In this document: piece by piece, positions 1 through 11,713 of the stretch
How the letters are laid out: every line of letters starts with the position of its first letter
Position numbering within the stretch: position 1 is the first letter of the stretch
DNA from: Perkinsus chesapeaki ATCC PRA-425
Taxonomy: Eukaryota > Protista > Perkinsozoa
DNA: 47,078 nucleotides
Direction of reading: 5' to 3'
Assembly (NCBI GenBank): GCA_013115145.1
Contig: JAAPAO010000249.1
Coordinates: forward strand, 1-47,078
Notes under the pieces: model-generated
The model's input: the letters and a program-made list of their open reading frames with translations, nothing else
What the model was told of the DNA's origin: nothing
The model's database searches: none
Position numbers and translations under genes: made by a program

Positions 1-159
1 CGTGTCTATATCTTGGTTGTTCTTGGGTTTAGCAGTACATCTTTGGGTCGGGTCTTATTCGTAGTCCTGACATGGTGTAGAATATCTTGCTCGTCTTGCT
101 CTTCTAGTATTTCCTCAACGCATGATTCGTCCGTACTTGTCTCATTAGCATAGTTGACC

Positions 160-1063
160 ATGGCATCATCTACAGAAGCTATTACTGCTGGCTCAAAGGC
201 TGTCCTATATGCTAAAGGAGCTGTACAGGATCCTACTACTATAGGTGATTGCCCGTTCACACACAAGGTAAGATTTGGAGGAAGTGTGGTATTATTACCT
301 ATACAGGCACGTCTTGGTTTAGCTGCTGAAGGTATTAACCAATATACTCTTAAACTAGAAGATATGAGCAATAAGTCAAGTGACCTACTCAAGCTCAATC
401 CAAAGGGGTAAGCTTCTTAATAACACACATTTATTATATTATTTACAATAGTACCGTCCCCGTTTGGACATGCCCGTCTGTGGATGGTACTATGGTTACT
501 ATACCTGATTCAGAGGATATATTACAGCAATTATGTACAAGTGTTGTTGAAAGAACGACTCCTCAAGAGAAAGATATTATTGATAATCAGGTAAATTCCA
601 ATCTTTGCAACTTTAATTATATCATCTTTAGTTGAAAGCATTTCAAACCTCGTGGTTTCCAGCTATGAGAGGTACCTGCCCAGATGGTATAGGCATAGAC
701 CATAAAGTAGCCATACATAGCCATACTCCTCCAGATGGCAGACAGGTAAGCTGGCATATCAGCCTTGTTAAGTGCCCTTAAATCTCTAGATGAGGCTTTG
801 GCTAAACTTCCTAATAAAGAGAGAGGTCCCATAACTGAACTAGAGGCTAAATTAGCACCTTTCCTGTAAGTGAGCCTCGATAATGTTGTATTATATTACA
901 CCTTAGTTATCATTACAGTGTGGCTGGAGTCCACTATCGTAACCTTGACCAATTACCCAAGGCAACTGTAGAGTTTTTAAAGTCAGTGGAGAGTACACCA
1001 GAATGGAAGGCTACTGTTTACACCCCAGAAGCTGTGTTAGCGGGATGGAAGAAGTTCTTTTAA
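160..1063 (+). CDS. DHAR: Dehydroascorbate reductase (DHAR)/CLIC-like GST-fold protein, multi-exon
   Basis: Exon 1 MASSTEAITAGSKAVLYAKGAVQDPTTIGDCPFTHK carries the GDCPF active-site motif. A 39-nt intron lies at 268-306. Later exons give LLKLNPKG|TVPVW and the C-terminus YTPEAVLAGWKKFF*, matching DHAR N- and C-terminal motifs. Confidence 0.85.
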
Positions 1064-1308
1064 TTTTAAAAGTGTCATCACACCACCGTTGAAGGTGTTG
1101 TTTGTTAATAGAAATGTTGGAGTTAAGTTTTATGTTAATAGTAGTTTTTTAAAAAATGGGGAGTCCCTGGGGAGAATTAGTCGAACTTTGTTGCTTTTTA
1201 GGCGGGGCGGGGGATGATATCGTTATCGTATAGTGATTTATTAATAATTATCCAGATCTTAGTTACTATATCAGGGATCATAGAAGTGCAAGCGTAGTTA
1301 GTGTAACA

Positions 1309-2307
1309 ATGTCAAATGATTCCCCTACACCATTATCCACTACAACAGGTGGCTCATCATCAAGTACACCAAAATATAATAATAAAGAGGATTCTAATGC
1401 CGCCAATTTACTGTAAGTAGTGCATTGGGTAAGAGGTTGTAATATTATTAGTGACTAAGATATATACATAATACGTTATCAATACATTATTTATAATTCC
1501 TATTCCATGTAGATGGTCCCTCCATTCTGGAATGTGCGACAATAATATCTCTGACAAGCTATTATCACGTTAACATATTCTACTGCTATTGTTTTTATTA
1601 TTGCAGTGTATTTCACAGAAGCCTTTAGGGACGATTATTTATCAACGGCCAGCGATGAGGAATTGACCAGACTGCGAGATGAGAATAGATATCTTCATCA
1701 GGAGAATCGTAACCTCAAACTTACATTAACCAAGGTAACCTATTAATTATATCATTAACGATATGCTGGCATTGAGCGGCTTATCTTAGGTTGAACATCA
1801 AGTTGAAGAGTTATTTAGGGATTATACAGCATTATTGGAGAAACAGGATGATAATGTAGCTAGAGGTGTCTATATAATGTGACTATTATTTAATATAATA
1901 ATATTATAGGTAGACTATGATTCACTTTGAGTAGATAGTACTATATTATCAATTACATTTAAGATTTAAGCAGTGATGAAATCATCACACATATTCAGGG
2001 TGGTAGTTGTTATTGGCAGTTGTATTAGGCCCAATCAAAGGGTGTTAGCCCTCCTCCTCTCATCCCTTCTCATCAGCATCATCCAGAGATTACTGATGTT
2101 TATCTTTTACTCAACAGAATGTGGAATAAAGGACCAAGAGACATGGTTAGGCAGGTGAGGCGGTAAGAGAGATGTTATTAGATGGTTTATTATATTAATT
2201 AGATGATTCATGCTGCATGGAGTGTGAAGGATGAAGTCATGGCAAGATTACGGATAGAGTTTGCTGAAAAATTGAAGGAGATAGATGCTGCTAGAATGAG
2301 AAGATAG
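1309..2307 (+). CDS. Hypothetical coiled-coil protein, multi-exon
   Basis: ATG at 1309. GT-AG-bounded exons encode DEELTRLRDENRYLHQENRNLKLTLTK|VEHQVEELFRDY and a last exon ARLRIEFAEKLKEIDAARMRR*. No family recognised. Confidence 0.5.
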
Positions 2308-2559
2308 ATGGTAAGATGAGTTATTGAATTATCTAATAGAATATCGTCTATCTATATGTCTATCGTAATGTAATAAGAAGTTAAATTATCCAATAATAAC
2401 ACTAAAAGTGACATATTTAATATTACAACGTTCAATGCATATCAGGTGTGTTAAAGTGTGTATGTTGTTGATTAATAATGATACATGTTTCCATATTATA
2501 TGCTTTACACTGTATTGTTATTATATTAATATCGTTTAATATGATCATTTAGTTTAAGT

Positions 2560-4604
2560 ATGAATGCATTTAGAGTTCGGCATTTAGAGAATGCTCTATT
2601 ACATTTTGATAAAGTAAAACAGCATAATACACCTGTTGATCTGTTCCTACATAGGTAATATACAACAACAACTTATCCTATTATAGAGAGTATCTTATTA
2701 GATACTTTCAAGCTCATAGAGCAATCAATGCTGATGATAGAGCCTGGATATCAGATCATATGTAACACTGTGGGGGATGGTGCCTTCATAGAGTCAATAT
2801 TGGTTGGCCCATAAAACGCTAATTGTTAAAGTGTTACTTCAACATACAGTATATCTACTAGGCCCTATATCTATATAATTAAATAGTGTTTACTAATAGT
2901 CTAAGCTGCTACGCTATTCCTGTCATTATATAATATAATAAAGATATCCTTACTCACGGTTTTCTAACTATCACACTCTTTTTCATACAGGCTTCAAGGT
3001 CTCTTGAGATTATACAATTCCATCTTGGCCATCATCATCATCATCATCTGATCATCCCCACTTGATCAGATATGAGATGTTCCGTTGGCAGGGTCTGATA
3101 GATTACTGCACACCAAAGCCAGTATCAACACGGAAAAGGCTACGTAATAGCAAGATGATGATTTAATAGCGTGTATGTTATATTTAAGATACATATTTAA
3201 CAAGTGATAGATGGAGGAGTAATGCACAGAATAGGAGTCTAGAAGCACATGTAGTAAAATGGTTAATGGTAGTTAAGATAGTTATATAAGATACGAACAT
3301 CGATGCCAAAGGAGTTATTTGCTAAATTAGCAGACTCACTTGGAACTGATAAAGCGGTGGAAGTATCGAGTGTATTGAATGAGAAACCTGTTACCTTTTT
3401 AAGAGTTAATACAAAACAAGTAAGAGAGTAAAGGGAGAGTGAACAATGCTCAGAACCAACTGAGAGATATCCTCTTGTATAACCCTTGAAATAGTACTCG
3501 ATAGCATTATACAGGGTATCATATCGTAAAACTGATGGGTGCCCATCACCATTGGACTCCTTTCAGACATCTCGTTCGGATATGGCGAAGTTTCTGTTAA
3601 GTAAGGAAATACCGGTCGAAAAGACGGCGACAAGTCCAGTGGGTTTGGTTATTAACGATAAAAAACTACTACTAGATCTACCAGAGTATTATGTAACATC
3701 GTCACGCGCCATCAAATTCATCCGACTAGGTACCGTACTGGAGCTGTGGAGATTCAGGATGAGAGCAGTCAGATAATGGCACTGCAAGTGTAATTGTGAT
3801 CGCCTGTGACCGCGCGCCATGAAATTGTTAGGAAGGCGGAGCCTGGAAGCGTCGTACTTGACTATTGTGCGGGAAGTGGCGGTAAATCGTTGGTTTTCGG
3901 GCCGAACATGGAGAATATGGGTCATCTATATTTACATGATGTAACATGAGCAGGTAGTGTTAAAGATCGTTATGGGTAGATTGATGTAGGTACGTGATTC
4001 AATGTTGAGGGATGCAAGAAAGCGGCTTAGACGAGCGGGAATAAGAAATTATACTTTACTTTATCCTAGGCATCCAACCTTGCATAAAATGTTACTTGCT
4101 AAATGTGATTGGGTTCTTTGTGATGTAATATCTTGACCTATTGTGTACCATGCAAGGTTCAAGCTAAGATACGTTTAGGTGCCATGTACGCGGACTGGAG
4201 TTCTTCGGCGGAATCCAGATGCAAAGTGGATGTATTCGGACGAGAAGCTTTTTCATTTTGTGGCACAGCAAAGGGAAATAGTCAAAAATTCATTGCGGTA
4301 GGGAAACGTTGAGGAAACATAAGGGAGAGCAAGATTACCAAGATCCATCAGGTATCTCAAGCCTAATGGCGGTAAACTAGTTTATTGTACTAATAGCATT
4401 CTAGATGAGGAAAATATCTTCCAAGTGATTTTACGGCGGAGCGAAGTTGACCTACATCAGTTTTGGTTGTTGTTGCTGTTTCAGATTCAATATCTATGTC
4501 GACATCATGATTTGGCATTAACTGAAGAACCAATGCATGCCATGCCACAAAGTAAAGGGATGGATGGCTTCTTTAGTGCTACACTAGAACGAAGATCAAC
4601 ATAA
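2560..4604 (+). CDS. RsmB/NOL1/NOP2/Sun-family RNA m5C methyltransferase, multi-exon
   Basis: Spliced translation gives MNAFRVRHLE..LFLHRYFQAH..IYEMFRWQGLIDY, SMPKELF..LNEKPVTFLRVNT, VEIQDESSQ, motif I VLDYCAGSGGKSL, motif IV CDVPCTRTGVLRRNPD, motif VI region GKLVYCTNSILDEEN and end MDGFFSATLERRST*. Confidence 0.9.
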
Positions 4605-4641
4605 TAGATACATGTTTCTGATTAAATGGTTTCCGATAAAT

Positions 4642-4673
4642 GATGTGGGTTCGATTCTTGGTTAGGGTATTTT
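4642..4673 (+). other. tRNA 3'-half / Pol III B-box-like fragment (intergenic)
   Basis: GATGTGGGTTCGATTCTTGGTTAGGGTATTTT between the Sun-family stop and the MCM4 start. Confidence 0.6.
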
Positions 4674-4710
4674 ATTGCACCAATAAATTATAGTGTAATC
4701 GTTGTTAATA

Positions 4711-7700
4711 ATGTCATCCATAGCATCACCTGGTCCGGCAGCACAGACTCCAGCTAGTAATATATTGGAGATGTCTGATAGGATAGATGCTAGAATGGGA
4801 AGAAGTCCAGGTCAGATATTTTAGCTTCAACCTTGCAAGATGCGGATGAGGTTAACTTCAGGCAGCAGTATGGGTGTCGGTAGCGTCTTTAGAAGTTTTC
4901 GTAGCGATATTGGGGACCTTCGATTCACCATTGACTTTGAGGAAGAGAGCAATGGAGGGGGAGCCACTGGGGTGAGTTTAGGGGGGTGGATAGAATTTAT
5001 TATCGTCTATAGTCTGGTAATGCTACTGGTGGTGATACTGCAATGGGCGGTGACGACGTCCATGGTGGAGAGGAAAGGCTATTTGGTAGTAGTATACCGA
5101 TACATGAAGCAAGGACTTTATTTATGAGATTCTTGGATGAGTAATATATATGGAATGACGGGTTAATATAGTAATAAGTGGTAATAGGTTTGATAAAGGT
5201 GATGATGGTAGAGGGAAATATGGCAGGGAATTGCTAAGGTAATAATAAGATATAGGTAGGAGGGATAATATAATACAGTACTACACATATATAGGGGTAT
5301 GGTGATGATAAGGGATAATGTTTATTATTATAATATTAATAGTTATAACTGTTATTAGGTTTAGTGAGAATAAGCAACAGATATTTCCAGTGGATGCTCA
5401 GGACCTTCATCAATTCTCACCGGAACTGTAATAATCAACATTAATTATTATAATATATAATATTAATAGATATTCTGATCTTATAGCATCCCCGACAGAG
5501 ATCATTCCCGTCATGGATGCATGCGTAATATATATTGAACCATACCGCCGCTCTTCAATTTAATCATCATCATCATTCAGCTCTACAATCACATTGTTCG
5601 TAACACTCCTGGCATCAACCCGGCGGCCGCAGTCGTACAGGTGAAGTGAATAAGGCGGAGCGAAGTGTTTCATATTTGTATTTTTGGTAGGTTCAAATTT
5701 ATAACCTTCTTGAGAAGGACAAGAGGACAATGAGGGACTTTGATCCTTCTGATATAGAGCATGTAAGTATCCCAAGTTCGAACCCCAGTGGAGGCATTTT
5801 ATTTTAGTTGGTAGCGTTAAGAGGCATTGCCATTCGTACATCGGTTTTGATACCTGATATGCAAGTTGGAGCCTTCCGATGCACTACAGAGGGTTGTGGT
5901 CATCATGTTAGTGTTAATCTAGAGAAAGGTAATAATATTAAATTATACCAGCTACCAGTCTACACTTAAGGTCGTATTGATGAGCCAACAACATGCCCAA
6001 AATGCCACCAGAAACAATCTTTTGAACTTGAACATAATCAGTGTGTGTAAGTGATGGGTGTGGAAGGGAGAGATATAGTTAATGTTGATTGAGGTTCACC
6101 GATAAACAGCTTATTAAGTTACAGGAGTCACCAGAGAACATTCCTGAAGGAGAGACCCCACACACTGTTATGATATATGCGTAGGTGATGGATGCCCTTA
6201 CCGAGGATCGAACCGGCGTGGTTATGATCAGGTATGATTCTATGTTTGATACAGTAAAGCCTGGTGATCGTGTTGAAGTTACTGGTATCTATAAGGCCTC
6301 CCCTCAAAGGGTTATATTACAACAAAGGCTAACAAAGAGCATCTTAATGTATCCACAACTGCTGCTGCTGTTGCCCATTGGTATTGCCTAGGTCCTATAT
6401 CGATGCCATCCATATTAATACATTGGGTGCATCTGGTAAGAGTGTAGCTGCTAATATTGGAGTGTTGGATAATGATATTGAGGAAGTAAGGGGATAAGGA
6501 GGAGGTGGTGAAGCTGTTTTGATAGGAATTACGTAAACTGGCTGCCGATCCTAATATTGTTGATAATCTAATTAAGAGCTTTGCGCCCTCTATTTGGGAG
6601 AATGAGGATGTAATAATATAGATACAACCCCATCCAGGGATAGAACCAGGGACCTTTGGATGGTTAGGTTAAAAAAGGATTACTCTGCCAACTATTTGGT
6701 GGAACTGACAAATCAACTGCTGGAGATACTGAAGCTGAGGATCGTGGATCGTTCAGGTAGTTGTGTGAGGCATTCGAATGGTAAGGTGTTTCAGGAGCCA
6801 ACTCAATGTCTTGCTTATTGGTGATCCATCAACGGCAAAGTCACAACTACTGCAGTATGTACATAAGATAGCTCCTCGAGGGTAGATGATGATGATGAAT
6901 ATGACAATAATGTTTGTGCTATACTCGTTACTTTTTAGTGTGTATACTAGTGGTAAGGGCTCATCTGCTGTGGGTTTGACAGCTTATATAAGTAAAGACC
7001 CAGATACTAAGGAATTGGTAAGTGAAGGTGGAGGCTGGGTGGATGGGTGTAATGGTAGGAGGATAGGTACTGGAATCGGGTGCATTAGTGTTGAGTGATA
7101 AAGGTATCTGTTGCATTGATGAATTTGATAAGATGGATGATCATGCAAGGTAGAGGGCGAAGGTTCGATCCCTGGTATCGGTATTTATAGGGCAATACTT
7201 CACGAGGTTATGGAACAACAGACAGTATCGGTGGCGAAGGCAGGTATCATATGTAGTCTTAATGCAAGTGAGTATCTTAAGCTTAACCATGCAAGATACG
7301 AAGTAGGTCAAGTGATGATCTTTGGTCAGGAACCGCCATATGTGCTGCTGCTAATCCCATTGAATCCCGTTATGACCCGAGGCGTTCTGTGGTTGACAAT
7401 ATCAATCTAAATCCTACTTTATTGAGCCGCTTTGATCTTATCTATTTGGTAATACTTATACTTTAGTCAGTCGTCACCTTATCCTCACTTCTATTCAGAT
7501 ATTAGATCTTGGTACAGAGCGTAGTGATCGTACTCTTGCCAGTCATATTGTTAAATTATTCTCCAAGTTGGATGACGATGCCAACGATGCCACACAGTCG
7601 GCAAATACACCACCATTGGACTTGGAGACCTTAGCAAGGTTGTTGCTTCATTATCATTTAATGATATAACATTCTTGAGTAGTATCATTAGATATATTGC

Positions 7701-8473
7701 ATTTGGTCGCTCATTAAAGCCTCGTCTCACCGATGCTGCTTTGGAGGCGCTCACTGATGGATATTTGAAACTGAGGCATTATAATACAAGTGGAGCTGTT
7801 GGTGAGGCAGTTGATAATGATGACGTGGGTTCGAATCCCAGCGGGGGTATTTTTAGGAAAGACTATTACAGCAACACCTCGACAGTTAGAGTCCCTCATT
7901 AGATTATCAGAAGCATTGGCCAAGATGGAGTTCAGGGAAGAGGTGGCGAGTGCAGTAAAGGTGTAGTGGAGGGGGGCAATGGTGTATTATAGGTAACTGG
8001 AGATGATGTATTAGAAGCTATAAGATTGATGAAGGAAGCTTTGTTATCAGCATGTAATAGGTTTGCTATTATCTATGATGATGATGACGATGTGATAGGT
8101 ACTGATCCTGTTACTGGTGTTATCGATATGTCTATGTTGGCTACTGGTATGAGTGAAAGTAGAAGACAGGAGAGGGAGACTGCATTACAGACAATTAAAG
8201 AACTACTACAAGCATCACCAACAGGGGTACATTATTATCAAACAAGGAAGAGTTATGCCGAGGCGCTCTTGTTAGTCACTGAAATATGATATCCTACGAC
8301 AGAAAGTGTTTGAACAATTAGTGGCTCCTCCAACAGCAGCAGCAGCTGCAGATGAGGGCGGCGGATATAGTGGTGATTATCATCATCACCATAATGCCGA
8401 TGCTTTGGATATACATGATGTTGGTAAATTAATTGATAATCTGGTAAGAATCGGGCCTTCGATGGGCCTCTAG
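4711..8473 (+). CDS. MCM4: DNA replication licensing factor MCM4, many exons (3' end approximate)
   Basis: [104 protein letters not shown] and [21 protein letters not shown]. The ESPE..PHTV and ENEDVKKG segments are MCM4-type. Confidence 0.92.
5771..5800 (+). other. tRNA T-arm/B-box-like fragment in MCM4 intron (5763-5807)
   Basis: CCCAAGTTCGAACCCCAGTGGAGGCATTTT. Confidence 0.55.
6193..6222 (-). other. tRNA T-arm/B-box-like fragment in MCM4 intron (6181-6231)
   Basis: Minus strand ACCACGCCGGTTCGATCCTCGGTAAGGGCA. Confidence 0.6.
6627..6659 (-). other. tRNA 3'-half-like fragment in MCM4 intron (6610-6667)
   Basis: Minus strand CCAAAGGTCCCTGGTTCTATCCCTGGATGGGGT, resembling the variable loop/T-arm of eukaryotic tRNA-Phe (AAAGGTCCCTGGTTCGATCCC). 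Flanked by a CCATCCA/TGGATGG inverted repeat. Confidence 0.55.
7159..7186 (+). other. tRNA T-arm/B-box-like fragment in MCM4 intron (7150-7190)
   Basis: GAAGGTTCGATCCCTGGTATCGGTATTT. Confidence 0.6.
7822..7854 (+). other. tRNA T-arm/B-box-like fragment in MCM4 intron (7802-7856)
   Basis: GACGTGGGTTCGAATCCCAGCGGGGGTATTTTT; the first 21 nt are identical to the copy at 20971. Confidence 0.65.
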
Positions 8474-9231
8474 CGATGATGATGAAGTATAATTCTTGTA
8501 CAGCTATTTATTGTCTCACTACTTGTATTTGTAAGAAGACTGTAGGCGGTTTTTGCATTCGCCAATAGTACATCGACAAAAACTATATACTAGCCAATAT
8601 TACTATTGGCTGCGTTATATTATTTCATCACTCGAACATGCATCGATGTTTAGGTTCAGAATGGCACCCTGGCAAGGATAGGCCGAGGGCCAACAGCAAC
8701 ATGCCGCCTGCTGGAGTTTGATGCTTAATTATTATTATCCTTCCCATTCCACTGCACGTAACAGCCAAAAGAACATATCATCGTCATCATGATTATCATC
8801 ATCATCAATATTAATTATTTTCCCCATACTCCCTTGTTGAGTATATAGTTGTCATCATGTTCACACTACTTATCATTGATGATGGTATGATGGACTGTTA
8901 TTGGATTATTAAATGTCAAACTCACCGAATATTATCAGTACGTCGTCACCGTTTAAATACGCCTATGTCATCATCATCACCTCATCATCATCAGAGTTCA
9001 TCACAACTTGGTGGTAGCGGTGGGCCGACCACTAAGTGATATAGGAATTATACCAAACTTAACATCATATCTTTAGTGCATCTGATCAAGCAGCTGCAGC
9101 CGCCATACGAGAACGATCTGAAAGATCTGGACAAGAGAGATGTAACAGTATGATGGAAAAGTAAACAACCAGTGCAACTAAGGTGCAATATATCGAGTGT
9201 CATTAATCAGAGTCGCTATTGAGGCATATAA

Positions 9232-9768
9232 GACAATTCCTGGGGTAGAGTTTGATGGCGGAGCATTCAACTGGGATAACAGCAGCACTTTCAAGTGATT
9301 AAACAAGTCCAACTAGTTTAGGTCAAATATTCTTATTTCAATAGATACGTTTTGATGGAAATCGATGATCCTGTGGGGAGCGAAGGGGAAAGTCGTTATC
9401 TTGTACGTGGATTGACTTGGGCAGAGTATCATCAGGACTCTGCAAATCCAAGCATTGAAGAGCTGGAAGCTGCTGGTCTACGGTGGAGGATTTTAGTACT
9501 TAATTGGCATATTCAACGCTCTGTTATGAAGTGTCTCAGGGTGGTGGTCGAATAAAATATAATGCAATGGATAAGTCAATGAAGATTTATGGACATAGGT
9601 GAGCTGATCTCACAGGAGGATCCTCTTATAATCGATGGTTATTATGTTTCTTTCAGTTTTGGATTCCCTTGGCCAAGTGGCATTTACCGGCACGATATTA
9701 GCGAGAGAGTTTGCAAAGAAGAGCTTAAAGATGATGTGACAATAACTCATTCAGATGAAGGTTATTGA
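9232..9768 (+). CDS. PHPT1: 14-kDa phosphohistidine phosphatase (Janus/Ocnus family); 5' exon(s) from ~8970 unresolved
   Basis: Spliced TIPGVEFD..TFK|YVLMEI..YLVRGLTWAEYHQD..RWRIL|GGGRIKYNAMDKSMKIYGHS|FGFPW..VTITHSDEGY* matches the PHPT1 motifs FKYVL, VRG..WAEYH, GGGRI, VYGYS and the terminal DGY. Confidence 0.85.
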
Positions 9769-10026
9769 TTTAATTATAATAATAATAATGCATTGTGTTG
9801 TTATGTCAACAATGGGGGGGGAGTCAACACTCATGAATAATGTTATACCCATTACAACAACTTTCAAATTGACAATAACTCAAATAACAATATCAGTCAA
9901 AAGCTGCTTAGGATCTTGCTCGTGAATGACCTCGCAGGGCTTTTGGTTACCTTAACGATTAGCGTTAAAGGGTATACGGTGACGGCTATAGGATGATTTG
10001 ATATCTAATGAAGACAGTAGATCATC

Positions 10027-10111
10027 TAGTAAGGCTATCATAACAAAGATAGACCATAATGACATAGTAGTAAGGCTATCATAACAAAGATAGACCATAA
10101 TGACATAGTAG
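10027..10111. repeat. Perfect 41-bp tandem duplication
   Basis: TAGTAAGGCTATCATAACAAAGATAGACCATAATGACATAG occurs twice (10027 and 10068), downstream of the stop of the minus-strand secreted gene. Confidence 0.95.
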
Positions 10112-10126
10112 GGTTTGAAAGGAGAC

Positions 10127-10582
10127 CTATCTGACATCTCTTTTAAGGGTCACTCTCTCACCTTGGAACTTTACAAAAGCCAAGTCAGAGGTCTCGAAAG
10201 TGAGATTGATCAAGTCACCTTCCTGAAGCTTCGCACCAGGGCATACCTTAGATACCTCTTTAAACCAATAAAGATGACCATCGGCAGGGCCGGGAAGGTT
10301 TGGCCAGGTGGAATGTGTCTTGAAGTTTATGGTATAGGTCCTATGGTATGGACCATAATTGACATAATAACGTCCATCAGTGAATAGCTCCCCATATCCA
10401 CAGGATATACTGAAAGATACATCACCAGGTGTATTATGAAAGTCTGCTATAGGGGCGAAGTCGTAGGTGATTGTGAGATAATCCGACTTGTGAGAAATAG
10501 TACCAATAATATCCAGCTGGGCAACAGATAGGGTAGCAAGGATAGTTGATATGAAGATGGACGAAGAACGAATCATGATCAT
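10127..10582 (-). CDS. Putative secreted lineage-specific protein, paralog A (intronless)
   Basis: MIMIRSSSIFISTILATLSVAQ is signal-peptide-like. Mature region with SHKSD, ISCG, VCPG, LQEGDLINLTFETSDLAFV, ending TLKRDVR*. Confidence 0.7.
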   Translation of the reverse strand: MIMIRSSSIFISTILATLSVAQLDIIGTISHKSDYLTITYDFAPIADFHNTPGDVSFSISCGYGELFTDGRYYVNYGPYHRTYTINFKTHSTWPNLPGPADGHLYWFKEVSKVCPGAKLQEGDLINLTFETSDLAFVKFQGERVTLKRDVR

Positions 10583-11713
10583 GTTTGGCGTTTTATAACA
10601 AACTGCAAAAAAGATCATTGAATCCGAATAGAATGTATATTTAGTTGCCCCGCAGCTTAACGAAGCTTAATTAATTTAAGGGCAAGCGATAATACAGCTA
10701 GGCTATGTAATGCGACGTACTTAATACGTACGAGAGAACCTCGCAGGTGCATTTCCATCGATTAATGACTTGATTATATCCAACTTCACCCGGTTCTATC
10801 CAGTAATAGCCCCCAGCTGTGTGGTAAGGTCAAATTATACATCTGACTGTGCCTCGACCTGTACCGACCTTCGCTTGAGTACTTCGCCAATTACCTTATC
10901 GATTTAGCTCCTCACGCGGGGGGAATCGTGCTTTTCCAGTTCAACGTTCGTTTGTTATCTAAGAGATGCTCGGATATTCATGGTTGAGGCAGCTTGCATC
11001 TCAACTTGCAATTCGCAAGTACGTGCTTGTTACGGATGTATGCTTACAATGTGTTCATATTTGATTGTTATGACGTTTCATCTGGGAGGCACTTGATTGC
11101 TCAGTTTTTTAATTTTAGTTCCGCGTCACATTAGCTCTCTGCGAACGTTTCAAAGCCTCATATAAAATTTATCAAACCTCTTAATTATTCGATGAAATGA
11201 ACTATCAAGACCATCGTAACCTGTCGTTAACGATCATTGGTTGCTTCCTAGGATACGAGTGTGTCAGTGTTTGGAGACACAGTTCGTGCACGAATCGGTT
11301 CCTTACTTGTATGTTCTCCTACGTATACATGTATTTCGTACGCTTTACATTTGTAATTTCAACGGGCAAGGTAGTTCTTATCATTGTGCTCATCCTGGCT
11401 TCAAGGTTGAGTCAAAAATACACCGATCTTGTCATGCTTACCTCGAACCTCTCCTACCAAGTAAATACTCCGGCTCCGGCTGCTGATGCACAACTTGTGC
11501 AGCACAAGTCGATGATAAGAGTATAGTACGCAAGGTCCCTCAGTGCCGATTAGGCTTATGCGTTGAAATACTTGCCGGCGTTTGGCCTCCTAAACTAAAA
11601 TCACTGAAACGAGATGATTAAGCCAGGTTTTTGGTGCAGCTGTTGTGTTGGTGGAGGATAAGCTAAGACACTACTTCTGATTGGTCTTATGCTGGGCCGT
11701 TGGGTTTAAAAGG

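Larger units (their letters stand above)
9749..10810. repeat. Tandem segmental duplication, copy 1 (partner ~11714-12780)
   Basis: Shared blocks ATTCAGATGAAGGTTA, TAATAATAATGCATTGTGTTGTT, GATCTTGCTCGTGAAT, TGGTTACCTTA.CGATTAGCGT, ATCATGTTTGGCG..TTATAACAAAC and GCGATAATACAG.TAGGCTAT.TAATGCGACG recur ~1.97 kb downstream in the same order. Confidence 0.85.

Noticed and set aside
1-153. In-frame hydrophobic, Ser-rich stretch upstream of DHAR resembling a bipartite plastid-targeting leader
   Set aside because: It ends in TAG at 151-153, no plausible-length intron removes that stop, and the window edge hides any start.
705-725. GTAGCCAT resembling the dinoflagellate/Perkinsus spliced leader
   Set aside because: Only 8 nt match, it lacks TTGGCTCAAG, and it lies within the DHAR gene body.
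10870-11700. ORFs 11197-11526 and 11241-11486 between the duplicated blocks
   Set aside because: Overlapping short ORFs with no domain signal; possibly decayed repeat DNA, but unassignable by eye.
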